From: Macrostomum lignano
Taxonomy: Eukaryota
DNA: 64,000 nt
Reading direction: 5' to 3'
Assembly (NCBI GenBank): GCA_002269645.1
Contig: NIVC01000600.1
Coordinates: forward strand, 1 to 64,000
In this document: positions 36,946 through 53,229 of the stretch, piece by piece
Layout of the letters: every line of letters begins with the position of its first letter
How positions within the stretch are numbered: position 1 is the stretch's first letter
The notes under the pieces: model-generated
Database searches by the model: none
What the model saw: only the letters and a program-made list of their open reading frames with translations
What the model was told of the DNA's origin: nothing
Made by a program: the position numbers and the translations under genes

Positions 36946-37839
36946 CTCTTCTATCCATCACTTTCCTTTCCATTTTTAATTCCGTGTACTCCGTGTACTT
37001 TTGCATAGCATGTAAACACTTCAAGTTCGAGTATTTTTCCTCACAAAACTCACTGGAGTTGACGTTATAGCGGCTGTATTATGTGATTGCGAGTGGATGG
37101 GCAATCTTATAAATGATCTGGGATCACTAACCCGGGCCCCTGTGGATTAATAAAAAACTCTAGCCTAGCCTAGCCCATAATTTGACGTTGATGACTCCTC
37201 TGTCAGGCGCACGCGGCTGTGTACTTTTAGTTTGCGAGTCCTACACGGCCGGCCAGCAGATTAAGCGTGTAACAGAAGAAGCCACAGGGCCGCCTTGTCT
37301 CCTAGCTAAATTCTCCCAGGAACTATTTGTTTCCTGAGTCTCCCTCCCCGATATCCTCATGCCTGCGCTTCATCCTTAGCCGGATCTGATGGGATGCAAG
37401 CTGGATTGGCTTTTGACTGAGGCCTCGCCCTCCCTCAGCCCCTCCCCATCCGGCGGGTGGATAAATAGCGCGGGCCCAGCAACTCTCTCGCCAGCCGTAG
37501 GTCTACTATCGAACTCAGTAGCGCAGGACAGCCAGCCGGGCGGAGATTGAGGATCCAGGACTCGGTTCCGGACTTGGCAAGCGGAGCACGCGATATCGCT
37601 GCAAATCCTCCTGTGATTTTGTATACCTGTCCCTGTTCAGAGGCAAGTGCTTTTGGGGCTCCCAAATTTATGCGCTGGCCTGTTTCGAAATTCTACATCA
37701 TTTCCTCACCTTTTTACCGTTGTTGCAGCGCTGTCTTCCTGAGTTTTGCTTTTGATTCATTTTTTATATAAAAAAGGTGCGCATTTTGTGCGACTTTTGT
37801 CACGTCGTTTTGTCTGTCCATTCCTCTGCCTTTCCATGT

Positions 37840-39385
<1,546 letters not shown>

Positions 39386-40229
39386 TTCAGCTTTCTGTCT
39401 GTTTTATTCTGTCTTTCTGTGCCCACCAATCTCCGCCTATCCATTTGCGCAATGCCCACCCCACAAGTGGTGCCCGTCGGGCCGTTGCCGCCCAGTTGCC
39501 AGCGGCAGTGAACCCCACAATAACGCCAATTTCCCCAAAACTGCTGCGCGTTGTCCTGCAGGCCAGCGCCACTTGCCTGTCAGCCGGGCCGCCCGCAGAC
39601 CGCAGCCAGGGTATGTGCGCGCACCTGCCGAAGTGTTGCCGAGTACTTTTTATTTTCGTCTTAATGTATACATTGTCTTTCCATCCTTGTTTCTCCTTAA
39701 CTTTCCCTATTTAATGCATCACTGCTCATTGACATAGCAACTATTTTGTGTAGAATAAAAACTTTGTAGGTACACATGTAGTTCCTCATGAGGCTGTTTT
39801 GGTTTAGCTACTAGATTGGTGCACCAATATTCGTTATTTTTCCTTTAATTAACATTTATAGTCGTTAAAACTAACAAAAAGTCTGTAAAAAGTCTGTTGT
39901 AAAGCATGCGCGATGGTAGTTTTGGCACAAAATGTAAAATGACAGAATTAAAGAATTTAGTAGATTGTATACATGTGCTTAAACTTTGTGTAGACAGCTT
40001 GCACTATTTAAAATTGATTTGTTTGCACAGGTGACAGCGATTAGTTTCTTTGCGTTATAATTCAGTTTAAATTGGATTAGTTTGAATGCACTTTTATTGG
40101 TTAAAAGGTCTTCATTTTCTCTATTTACTGATGGGTTGCAGCAGTCTAGTAGAATTTGCATCATCATTCATTTTGTTTATAGTGAAAAAATGTGATTGCT
40201 GCTATGCTCTAGTAGACGTAGGGGCCAGA

Positions 40230-40876
40230 ATGGATTGCTAGTCTAGTCAACATCACGGATGCAGGAATAGAGTGGATTGCTAGTCTAGCCAACATCACGG
40301 ATGCAGGAATAGAGTGGATTGCTAGTCTAGTCAATAGCACGGATGCAGGAATAGAGTGGATTGCTAGTCTAGTCAATAGCACGGATGCAGGAATAGAGTG
40401 GATTGCTAATCTAGCCAATAGCACGGATGCAGGAATAGAGTGGATTGCTAGTCTAGTCAATAGCACGGATGCAGGAATAGAGTGGATTGCTAGTCTAGTC
40501 AATAGCACGGATGCAGGAATAGAGTGGATTGCTAGTCTAGTCAATAGCACGGATGCAGGAATAGAGTGGATTGCTAATCTAGTCAATAGCACGGATGCAG
40601 GAATAGAGTGGATTGCTAATCTAGTCAATAGCGCGGATGCAGGAATAGAGTGGATTGCTAGTCTAGTCAACATCACGGATGTAGGAATAGAGTGGATTGC
40701 TAGTCTAGTCAACATCAAGGATGCAGGAATAGAGTGGATTGCTAGTCTAGTCAATAGCACGGATGCAGGAATAGAGTGGATTGCTAGTCTTGTCAACATC
40801 ACGGATGCAGGAATAGAGTGGATTGCTAGTCTAGTCAACATCAAGGATGCAGGAATAGAGTGGATTGCTAGTCTAG
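40230..40876. repeat. 42-bp minisatellite, ~15 copies, abutting a 3' splice site; same family as 2972-3495
   Basis: Unit TGGATTGCTAGTCTAGTCAACATCACGGATGCAGGAATAGAG; ends ~19 nt before the acceptor AG at 40894-40895. Confidence 0.95.
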
Positions 40877-40895
40877 TTCACCGTTGCCCTCGCAG

Positions 40896-41448
40896 CCGCG
40901 TGAATCGGATCGCCCTGACGGTGCTGTCATTGGCGTCGCCTACTGTTGCAAAAGCAGAAGACGCCAGCGCGGTGGAAGACCGAGCAGAGCTGTTCCCCAG
41001 CGACGAAGAGGAAGCCTTTGCCACAATGGACTCGCCCCTGAGTCAATCCTGCGATGGCGCCGACGGGCCGCGGGTCACCCGTCGAGAGAAACGACGCTGC
41101 ACGCCGGAGCGCGGTCTGTCCTCGCCTTCGTCGTTGACGTCCGCCGCCGCTGCCGGGCCGACCTCCCCGCGGGTGCACCTGAGGCGCGGCTATCCCCGGT
41201 CGCCTCAGCAGCTGGAGCAGCTGGCGCCGCCCTGGTCGCCCCGGTCTGTGCAGTCCTCGCCAGCGAAGTCCCAGCTGGCCTCGCCGTCCGCCTCCTCCGT
41301 GTTTGGCCGGCTGAGCGGCGAGGACTCGTCCCTTTCGATGTCGCCGTCGCCGCAGACGCCGTTGGTTGGCATGCGGCAGCGAGCGGCTACCGGCTCGGCC
41401 ATCGGTCGGCCTCCCCCGTGCCTGTGTTTCTGTTCTCCACCGTTCCTG
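40896..41448 (+). CDS. PDZ-PH-RhoGAP exon: last PDZ strand (R|RVNRIALTVLSL) plus a Ser/Pro-rich linker
   Basis: CCCTCGCAG acceptor at phase 2 matches the previous exon and completes the PDZ fold; GTGAGC donor at 41449; frame of ORF 40900..41466. Confidence 0.78.
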
Positions 41449-41689
41449 GTGAGCGTTGCGTGTTGACTCCCTCCTAAGCCATTCCTAATCATAGCTTTCT
41501 GGTTAAGGGTAGGGCATTGAAGCTTAATTTATGGGTTGTGGAGGCGTTACTCCACAGTAAGTTTTTGTGCTGCTCCTCATAGTACGCTGTGCTTTTTCAA
41601 GAAGTGGAAGGCGAAAACAAAGGCTCTCAGGGATGCGATTGAGGGTGAGATAGGGGATGACAATGATAGAGTAGACTAGGGATGACTAG

Positions 41690-42090
41690 AGATAGACAGG
41701 ATTAGGGGTGAGAGTGACAGGATTAGGGATGAGATTGACAGGATTAGGGATGAGAGTGACAGGATTAGGGAAGAGATTGACAGGATTAGGGGTGAGGTTG
41801 ACAGAATTAGGGATGAGATTGACAGGATTACAGATGAGGGAGAGATTAGAGAGGATTACAGATGAGGGTGAGATATAGAGGATTACAGACGAGTATGAGA
41901 TAAAGAGGATTACAGATGAGGGAGAGATTAGAGAGGATTACAGATGAGGGTGAGATATAGAGGATTACAGACGAGTATGAGATAAAGAGGATTACAGATG
42001 AGGGAGAGATTAGAGAGGATTACAGATGAGGGTGAGATAAAAAAAGGATTACAGATGAGGGTGAGATAGAGAGGATTACAGACGAGGGAG
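41690..42090. repeat. GA-rich degenerate tandem repeats (GACAGGATTAGGGATGAGA and GAGGATTACAGATGAGGG types)
   Basis: Direct reading. Confidence 0.85.
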
Positions 42091-42741
42091 AGATAGCGTC
42101 TGTAATCCCCTTTATCTCATAATCGACCACCAGTATTATTGGTAGAGGCTTAGGCCAGGGCATGGAGTGGGAGCTGGGTAGGGACTAATGCATTACCGTA
42201 GTCCGCATGAACGCTCACTGCAATGCAATACTTTTTGATAGGCAAACAATAACACACTTCATCACTTCCCGTCTGCTTCGGTCTCCCTTCGCTCATGTCA
42301 GCGGGATTTGCTTTTTTCACATTTGCATAGCTGTAAATTTGCCTGCATTGCTACGGAGGAGCCTCCGCCCGCGGCCTAAGCTGCTGGGATTTGCACGGAT
42401 TCCCTTCACGGGTGTGCGGCCAGGGCCCGGGGAGTCTGTTTACATCCTGCCTGACTGCCGATTTCGGAATTATTCACGAGTTCCCACGGCTGGGCGGGTG
42501 GGTAGGTAGGGATGCGGACCTGCCGCTCTGTCTGAGCTCTGCTCCGATTGAGCTGCAACTGCTGCCAGTCTGGCTGTCCGAACCCCCCCCCCCCCACCCA
42601 CCGGATTCCAGGGCTGAAAGCAGGGAGGGGATGCTGGGCGGGGCATCGGGGAGACTGAGCGCGCATTCATTATTCCACTTTATTGCTGCGTCCTGGGTGC
42701 GTTCGCATATTGCTACATTTCTGTGGGGTTGTCACCTAGCT

Positions 42742-43271
<530 letters not shown>

Positions 43272-43288
43272 AAATCTGCATCCCGCAG

Positions 43289-43419
43289 ACTCCGCCGACC
43301 CCAGGCCGGGCAGCGGCAGCAGCCAGTGCGAGTCGCCCGGCTCGGGCCCCAGCCCAACACACCGGCGGCTGCATCAACAGCCCAGAATAGCCGGCAACTG
43401 CGGCTCTCCAGCAGTCGAT
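43289..43419 (+). CDS. Probable linker exon of the PDZ-PH-RhoGAP gene (reading frame uncertain)
   Basis: CATCCCGCAG acceptor, GTAAGT donor, GC-rich; two frames are open (phase 2 to 1, or 1 to 0). Confidence 0.6.
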
Positions 43420-44145
43420 GTAAGTCCTTTGCCTCCCCCTCGTGCGTAGCCCCTGCTCGCGCTTGCAATTTTTCCTCATTCCGCGCGTTCACGCCGAAGC
43501 CTAAGAATGGAGGCGGCTATATTTATACGCCCGAGCCCGCCTCCTGAGGATGCTCAAGCCTCCCGCCTCTAATCTTTTTTCTGCTCCTCTTACCCTTCGG
43601 TTCTTCGTCTTTTTCGGCTGTTCTGCTTAGAGGAAGCGCAATTCAAGTCACTAATTTTTGCCACACTGTGTTCTTTCCTATCGCATGTATTATCCGCATC
43701 GGTTATCTTTTCTGCGTTGCCTAATCCCTAATCCCTCTGCATCCGTTAATCTGTTTGCGATTAGTTGCTAGTCTCCTCTATTGCATATTTATTGCATTTA
43801 TTATTCCGTGCCCTGTTTGATTTATCTATTGCTGAGCTTGCATCCGTGTTTTACGACTTGCGCTAGAATGTGGCAATAGCTACTTTAAGTACTAATTACT
43901 ACTGATAGCGATTTGCGTGTCAGGCGGCACATCTTACCCATTGAAAGCGTTACCGTGACAAGAATCGCTAAAAGAGTCATTGAAAAATAATCACCATGGA
44001 GCATCAAATCAATGCAATGCGGCGGAGAATCACGTGAGCTGTAGAATCGTAAAAAAAGTATAGACTAAACAGAGCTGTTAAAAATGCGATATGGGATTCT
44101 AATTCATCGATGGACGCAGATGTGCTTTAGACGCAACTCACTGAT

Positions 44146-44634
44146 TCTGCAGCGACTGTACGCCCCCTGAGTTAGTATACTCGTAGAAGCTTCCCAGAGT
44201 CGTTTCAGAGTCACAGAGACAATAAAACACCTCAAATGGACTCTTTAGGCAACTTGTACCGTGACATCTCGTCGTTTTAGCGTCGTCTAGTCTAGATACT
44301 AAAACTTCTATTTCTTTCCTATATTACCCGTGTTTACCTGCAACGACTCTGAAACGACTCTGGGGAGTTTCTTTGCCAAGGTTTGCCCGCGATGCTCTTG
44401 TCAAGCAGATTCTGTCTGCATTGCCCCCCCCCCCAATGCTTAGTATAACTACTAGAGTTTTTCCGATCAAAACGTTTTGATTGTAACTGCATATCAAATA
44501 GGTTTTATCTCTATATACATACAGGGGTACATGCAGTTTTCATGCACACAAGCCCCAAATGAGTGCGGTATTTACCAATCAGAATTTTGAACAAATTTCC
44601 TATAAAAATCGCAGAGTACCGCAGTCGCTGCAGA
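44146..44634. mobile_element. Nested inverted repeats, MITE-like
   Basis: Inner pair CCCAGAGTCGTTTCAGAGTC (~44192) and GACTCTGAAACGACTCTGGG (~44345); outer pair TCTGCAGCGACTG (44146) and CAGTCGCTGCAGA (44622); no TSD seen. Confidence 0.45.
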
Positions 44635-45189
44635 TACTACTGCTACTGCTACTGTTGGAAGTAGGCTGAGACGAAAAGTCAGCTTAAAAAAAATCACAGC
44701 CCTATGGGCCTCGTTGCCGGAGAAGTATGGTCAGGTAAAGTGTGTTTGCGTGTTATCCGTTAACCCGTGTCAGGCCGCTCCGCCTTGGACAAGAGTGGAA
44801 ATTCAAAGCTTTTTGCCAGTTGGCTTGGAGATAGTTGTCACCATGGCAACCCAGGCTTTTCAATAGCTGTTAATTTCCGCTTAATTTCTCCGCTCTAACT
44901 GTTGCCAGATTGTGATTAGGTGCTTAATTGTACCCTCGTGTATTCCCAGCCTCTCGCTCGAGTAGAGCAATATGAATTTGCCAGGCGCTTAATTAAATTG
45001 AGTGACAAATTTATACTGCAAAGTTCCATGTTTTGCCAATAATGTTTGATTTTTTTAAACCGCAGTTTTGCATTACCGCTGGCTTGCTTTGCGATGCTTT
45101 CCATTTGTGTAGGGGCGCTGGATTCTGCTAGCTTTATAATCTGTTCCTCTGCTGCTAATAAGTGGACTGCTTTCCTGACTGTTTTGTGT

Positions 45190-45910
<721 letters not shown>

Positions 45911-46814
45911 TCTGGAGCTTCTACCCCGTTCCCGTTACTAAAGTGCGGCAGGGTATGAAGAATATCTGCTGATCCTCTGAAGCACGAAATCTGCTTAGAA
46001 GCTGGCCTTTAAAGCTCTGTTAAATCATAATTAAACTTTATTTTCGACCCCGCTAGCAGAATTTTAATGAATGGTTTTTGAGCGCCTATTGATGAGGCTT
46101 TGATTTGGTTTCCAGTCGCCGGCCCTGTTTCTCGATCCTCTGTTTCAATGCTCTTGCCTTTCTTCCTGCTCTGTAGGCCTATTCAGCTCTCCCTAGCTCT
46201 TATCGGGACTGATTCAGTCCAGCGAGCCTGAGCGATGGCTCACCCGTTTCCCATGCAGAACACACGGCTTTTGTTACAGGGGATTGACGGGGGGGGCAGG
46301 CGGAGATGAAGGCTCAGCGCTCGGCCTCGGAGCTGACGCAAACAGGTCTTTTTACTTGGGAGCAGCGCGGTTGAGTCAAGTCTAATTCTGTGATTTTATT
46401 TTCCTGCTAAATATTCGCGTTTTCTTTTAATTAATCGCATGTGCCTGTCTGTCTGCCTGTCTTGTCCAGTAGGTTATATTGGATAAATCTATTTAGTTGA
46501 CGAAGATTCAATTAGCTATCAACGGCAATCCGAATGAATGGCCATATCTGTTGCTAGGGCTCGAGTTTTCTGTTTTGTATTATTAAGCGGATTAGTGCAT
46601 GTGTAGACACGGTGCGAAACTTGATTAACTAATACGGATTTAACAGCTGGCTGAGCTCACCGCCTCCATGGCTCTGTAGTGATGACTCCTACAGTTACTT
46701 CGTATGTTGTTAGGCCTGCGTTTGCTTTGTGTGCGTTTGTGTGCGCGAGACATGCCTTCTGCTGGTTGATGACTGTCTGTGTGTCTGTAGCATGTCCGCC
46801 TGCCCAATCAGCCT

Positions 46815-48185
46815 CCTTTCCTCTTCTCTCACCCTCCTCCCACACTCTCTTCTTCCTTACCCTCCTCTCCTATCACCCTCCTCTCCGTCCCTCACTCTCC
46901 TCTCCTTCCCTTACCCTCCTCTCCGTCCCTCACCCTCCTCTCCTTCCCTCACTCTCCTCTCCGTCGCTCACTCTCCTCTCCTTCCCTTACCCTCCTCTCC
47001 GTCCCTCACCCTCCTCTCCGTCCCTCACTCTCCTCTCCTTCCCTTACCCTCCTCTCCTCTCACCCTCCTCCCCACCACACTCTCTTCTTCCCTTACCCTC
47101 CTCTCCGTCCCTCACCCTCCTCTCCGTCCCTCACCCTCCTCTCCGTCCCTCACCCTCCTCTCCGTCCCTCACCCTCCTCTCCTTCCCTCACTCTCCTCTC
47201 CGTCCCTCACTCTCCTCTCCTTCCCTTACCCTCCTCTCCGTCCCTCACCCTCCTCTCCGTCCCTCACTCTCCTCTCCTTCCCTTACCCTCCTCTCCGTCC
47301 CTCACCCTCCTCTCCGTCCCTCACTCTCCTCTCCTTCCCTTACCCTCCTCTCCGTCCCTCACCCTCCTCTCCGTCCCTCACTCTCCTCTCCTTCCCTTAC
47401 CCTCCTCTCCTCTCACCCTCCTCCCCACCACACTCTCTTCTTCCTTACCCTCCTCTCCGTCCCTCACCCTCCTCTCCGTCCCTCACCCTCCTCTCCTTCC
47501 CTCACTCTCCTCTCCGTCCCTCACTCTCCTCTCCTTCCCTTACCCTCCTCTCCGTCCCTCACTCTCCTCTCCTTCCCTTACCCTCCTCTCCTCTCACCCT
47601 CCTCCCCACCACACTCTCTTCTTCCCTTACCCTCCTCTCCGTCCCTCACCCTCCTCTCCGTCCCTCACCCTCCTCTCCGTCCCTTACCCTCCTCTCCGTC
47701 CCTCACCCTCCTCTCCGTCCCTCACTCTCCTCTCCTTCCCTTACCCTCCTCTCCTCTCACCCTCCTCCCCACCACACTCTCTTCTTCCTTACCCTCCTCT
47801 CCGTCCCTCACCCTCCTCTCCGTCCCTCACCCTCCTCTCCGTCCCTCACTCTCCTCTCCTTCCCTTACCCTCCTCTCCTCTCACCCTCCTCCCCACCACA
47901 CTCTCTTCTTCCCTTACCCTCCTCTCCTATCACCCTCCTCTCCGTCCCTCACTCTCCTCTCCGTCCCTCACCCTCCTCTCCGTCCCTCACTCTCCTCTCC
48001 TTCCCTTACCCTCCTCTCCTCTCACCCTCCTCCCCACCACACTCTCTTCTTCCCTTACCCTCCTCTCCGTCCCTCACCCTCCTCTCCGTCCCTCACCCTC
48101 CTCTCCGTCCTCACTCTCCTCTCCTTCCCTTACCCTCCTCTCCTTCTCTCACCCTCCTCCTTCCCTCACCCTCCTCTCCGTCCCT
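46815..48185. repeat. CT-rich compound minisatellite (CCCTCCTCTCCGTCCCTCA-type units)
   Basis: Direct reading; explains the 500-aa Pro/Ser/Leu ORFs. Confidence 0.95.
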
Positions 48186-49464
48186 CAACCTCTTATGCTG
48201 CCATTTAGTATTACTCGAGATAATTGAAGTCTCGCAATGATTTATTGTTTCGAATGATGCGCTGAAACTAATCAAAATCATAATGGCTTAGAAATTTTTT
48301 CTTTAGACCAGTGTTCTCGATAAGCGAGTTATCTTAGTAGATTAATGATGTGCCTAATGCATGGGTGAGATAACGCGAATTTCAGCGTGAGATTGATACC
48401 CCCTGGTGTAGGAAATCAAGCAGAGTGATGATTCGCTGTGGTTCATTGAAGGTGATATTGTGTCACTGCATTTTGAATGGTTAGGTGGGTATATGAGGTG
48501 AGATTGACAGTTAGATAGGGATGAGACTGAGAATGAGATTGAGATTAATGAAAGTGATAGTGGGATGGGGGTGAGAATGAAAGGGGGATGAGGGTGAGAG
48601 TGAGATAGGGATGAGAGTTGAAGTGAGAGTGAAAGAGGGGTGAGAGTGGGAATGATGGGGATGAAAGTGAGTGATAGTGAGATATGGGTGAGAGTGAGTG
48701 AGATAGAGATGAGAGTGAGAGAGGGATGATAGTGAGAATGATGGGGATGAGAATGAGAGTGATGTGAGGTCATACTGAGCTCAAGCTAAAGTTGAGAATA
48801 AAGTAGTTCGTGAAACTTTATACAAGAGTAAGAAAAGTTTGAGTTCAATAAGCTGGTGACTTTGGTAGCGAGCCTTGACCCGTTATATTAGAGGAATTGT
48901 TGCATGCAAGCAAAAAGTGATGAAGCAACCGTGTTAAAGAAATGTCAGCATCCTCATTTGCTTTCATCTCCTACTCAAACAGGTTCAGTTCAGATAAAAA
49001 AGAAGTTGCACTCCTTTGTAACGCGCTGCCCCGGGATCTCATATGCCATTATATGCAATCTAAATCCCCCCGGGACCATCGATCTCTTTGTTAGCTCTGT
49101 CTGTCTGCCTGCTGCCGGAGCGCTGTAGTTTTAGCTGCAGCCTGCCCGGCTTACGGGGCTTGGCATCGAACTTCTAAGCTGGGACATTGCGAGTCCCGCT
49201 CCCTCCTATTTTTACCTTTTGCCTCCCTGGGATCAATGCGCGTACTGAAAGAGAGGGAGTAAGAGAGAGATTAGTCCGTAATGTATTGCAACTCGGGAAC
49301 TCTGATTCTGGGCTACTCTTAGCATTGCTACATTCTGCTCATATTGGGTGGGCATTGATTAATATGCTCCATCAACTAGCTTCGCTCTCCATGTTGGAAT
49401 CTCGATTGCCGATTCCAATGCTAAGTTTACCTGCCTAGTAACCCTTTGCCCACACCCCTTTGTA

Positions 49465-50265
49465 GTTTCATCTACTCTCCCCTCCTACTCCCCAGCATCT
49501 ACTCTCCCCCCCCCCTACTCCCCATCATCTACTCTCCCCCCTACTCCCCATCATCTACTCTCCCCCCCCTACTCCCCATCATCTACTCTCCCCCCTACTC
49601 CCCATCATCTACTCTCCCCCCCCTACTCCCCATCATCTACTCTCCCCCCTACTCCCCATCATCTACTCTCCCCTCCTGCTCCCCATCATCTACTCTCCCC
49701 TCCTACTCCCCATCATCTACTCTCCTCTCCTACTCCATCATCTACTCTCCCCTCCTACTCTCCATCATCTACTCTCCCCTTGTACTCTCCATCATCTACT
49801 CTCCCCTCCTGCTCCCCATCATCTACTCTCCCCTTGTACTCTCCATCATCTACTCTCCCCTCCTACTCCATCATCTACTCTCCCCTCCTACTCTCCATCA
49901 TCTACTCTCCCCTTGTACTCTCCATCATCTACTCTCCCCTCCTACTCCTCATCATCTACTCTCCCCTCCTACTCCTCATCATCTACTCTCCCCTCCTACT
50001 CCCCATCATCTACTCTCCCCTTGTACTCCCCATCATCTACTCTCCCATTGTACTCCCCATCATCTACTCTCCCCTCCTACTCCCCCATCATCTGCTCTCC
50101 CCTCCTACTCCCCATCATCTACTCTCCCCTCCTGCTCTCCATCATCTACTCTCCCCTCCTACTCCCCCATCATCTGCTCTCCCCTCCTACTCCCCATCAT
50201 CTGCTCTCCCCTCCTACTCCCCCATCATCTGCTCTCCCCTCCTACTCCCCATCATCTACTCTCCG
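49465..50265. repeat. ~27-bp CT-rich minisatellite (CTACTCTCCCCTCCTACTCCCCATCAT)
   Basis: Direct reading. Confidence 0.93.
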
Positions 50266-51039
50266 TCTACTGCCTTGGAATTTGCAAGTCAGGGCACAGT
50301 TTACCAAAAAGATCAAAGCTTATCATTATCTAACAGTGCACTGTATCCCTACACTGGACAGGCCGGCTTTGGGATGTCAGTCACGCTCCGCTGCCAGCTT
50401 AAATCTGATTTGGGTTCGGGCTTTGGGGATTCGGAATCTGCAAATTTTAGGAGGGAGGATCTGCCTAGGTGGATGGAAGCTGGCTGGCTTGATGCGATGA
50501 AGCATTAGACTCCGTGGCTCTTGCCAGCCAGCAGCAGCAGCTGGTTCTGTTTCTGGCATCAGCAGCAGCAGCAGACATTGTTTTAACTGAGATTTTACTA
50601 TTTGCCTGCGAAGGACAGCAGGGCGACCACTGGCCGATGCATATTCATGCAAACACTGCACCCTTGTCCGAACCTTATCCATCCTGAACTGCACTGTATA
50701 GTCATGCCCGCTGCCGCCAGGCTCCTCTATCCCCCCTCTCCCTCTCATCCCATCCATCCCGTCTCTCTCTGTTGCTACTTCCGTTTTTATCGTTTTCGTA
50801 TTTTCGCAGGTGCTCAGCTCTCTGCTGCTCTTGCATCTGTGTTATTCCCTTCACTCCCAACCCCCCTGTAGCTTTTATCGCTTTGGGTGTTTGTTCAGCT
50901 GCGCTCGGAGTATTGCTTATCTGCCCTCATCTGTCTTGCTTACTGTTATAAGTATTATCACTTTCGCTTGGTTCTAATGTGTTCATTCACATGTCTTCAC
51001 CTTTTTACCCGCTCTCCTGCCTGCTTGTCCTTGTGCCTC

Positions 51040-52584
51040 TCGCTTATCTCTATCTCCCTTTCACACTCCTATCTCTCTCCTGCTCCCTTATCTCTCCCTC
51101 CCACTCCCTTATCTCTCTCTCCTGCTCCCTTATCTCTCCCTCCCACTCCCTTATCTCTCTCTCCTGCTCCCTTATCTCTCCCACCCACTCCCTTATCTCT
51201 CTCTCCTGCTCCCTTATCTCTCCCTCCCACTCCCCCATCTCTCTCTCCTGCTCACTTATCTCTCCCTCCCACTCCCTTATCTCTCTCTCCTGCTCCCTTA
51301 TCTCTCCCACCCACTCCCTTATCTCTCTCTCCTGCTACCTTATCTCTCCCTCCCACTCCCTTATCTCTCTCTCTCTCTCTCTCTCACGCTCCCTTATCTC
51401 TCCCTCCCACTCCCCCATCTCTCTTTCTCGCTCCCTTATCTCTCCCTCCCACCCCCCATCTCTCTTTCTCGCTCCCTTATCTCTCTTTCCGCTCTCTTAT
51501 ATCTCTCCCCACTCCCTTATCTCTCTCTCCTGCTCCCTTATCTCTCCCACCCACTCCCTTATCTCTCCCTCCCACTCCCCCATCTCTCTTTCCCGCTACC
51601 TTATCTCTCTTTCCCGCTCTCTTATATCTCTCTCCCACTCCCTTATCTCTGCCTCCCACTCCTTTATCTCTCCCTCCCACTCCCTTATCTCTCTTTCCCA
51701 CTTCCTTCTCTCTTTCCCGCTCCCTTATCCCTCTCCCGCTCCCTTTTCTCTCCATCACTCTCCCATATCTGTCTCTCACTCTCCCATATCTCTCTCTCCC
51801 ACTCCCTTATCTCTCCCTCACTCTCCCTTATTTGTCTCTCATTCTCCCATATCTGTCTCTCATTCTCCCTTATCTGTCTCATTCTCCCATATCTGTCTCT
51901 CATTCTTCCATATCTGTCTCTCACTCTCCCATATCTCTCTCTCCCACTCCCTTATCTCTCCCTCACTCTCCCTTATTTGTCTCTCATTCTCCCATATCTG
52001 TCTCTCATTCTCCCTTATCTGTCTCATTCTCCCATATCTGTCTCTCATTCTTCCATATCTGTCTCTCACTCTCCCATATCTCTCTCTCTCCCACTCCCTT
52101 ATCTCTCCCTCACTCTCCCTTATTTGTCTCTCATTCTCCCATATCTGTCTCTCATTCTCCCTTATCTGTCTCATTCTCCCATATCTGTCTCTCATTCTTC
52201 CATATCTGTCTCTCACTCTCCCATATCTCTCTCTCCCACTCCCTTATCTCTCCCTCACTCTCCCTTATTTGTCTCTCATTCTCCCATATCTGTCTCTCAT
52301 TCTCCCTTATCTGTCTCTCATTCTCCCATATCTGTCTCTCATTCTCCCGTATCTGTCTCTCATTCTCCCTTATCTCCCTCCTATCTTTCTTTCGACCTAT
52401 TTTTTCTTTCTTTTCTTTCTCACTCTTCCTTTTTCTCCCTGTCTATTTCTCTCACTCTTCCTTCATCTGCCGCTCCCCCTCTCTCTCTCTCGCCTTTTTC
52501 CCCTGTTGCATCAGTTGCTATGTGCCACTTCCTGTTTTATGCTATTCCAGTGTTTCCTGTATTTTACCTATCTTATTTTCTGGT

Positions 52585-52635
<51 letters not shown>

Positions 52636-52645
52636 CCTCTCTCCT

Positions 52646-52712
<67 letters not shown>
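51040..52712. repeat. CT-rich compound satellite ending in (CT)n
   Basis: Direct reading. Confidence 0.93.
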
Positions 52713-52717
<5 letters not shown>

Positions 52718-53229
52718 TGTGAGAGTCGAGTCGAACTATTATTTTAAAACAATATTGTAGTGTCTGTCCCAAGTTCCGTTTTTAAGTGTTTTAACTAAGG
52801 CATCTTAAAGTACATTTGCACCGTTATTCGAGCGGCGGCCAATCAGTTTTGCTTGAAGTCGTCGCAGCGGCCATTGGCTGGTCTCCCGTCTCTCCGGTGC
52901 TGCAGTTCCCTGTCTAGGGAGGGCGGATTTTTTATTCCCAAACCCTGCAGTGACAAGCGGCAAGCCTGTCTGCCAGAGGCTTTTTGGGAAAACTCGACCT
53001 GCCACTTCCAATTCCCAGCTGTTCTCAAAAATGTTCTCGGTGAGATTTTTGGCTTATTTTCTGTCGGTTTCGTACTCGCTTCTCATGTCCTCTTCGATCG
53101 GTTCGTGCCAGCTTAATAATGCGGGCTGTCAAATGGCTGCTGAGATTTGTCCGCCTCATCTTTGACCTCCCTGAATACTGACTACCATTGTTCCTCTGTT
53201 CTGCCTCTGCTGTGGCTGCCGAAGTATCT

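Noticed and set aside
39470-39610. GC-rich segment with a GTATGT donor as an extra RhoGAP exon
   Set aside because: Exon 34647-34797 already joins 40896 in phase and completes the PDZ domain. It might be an alternative exon but cannot be supported without transcripts.
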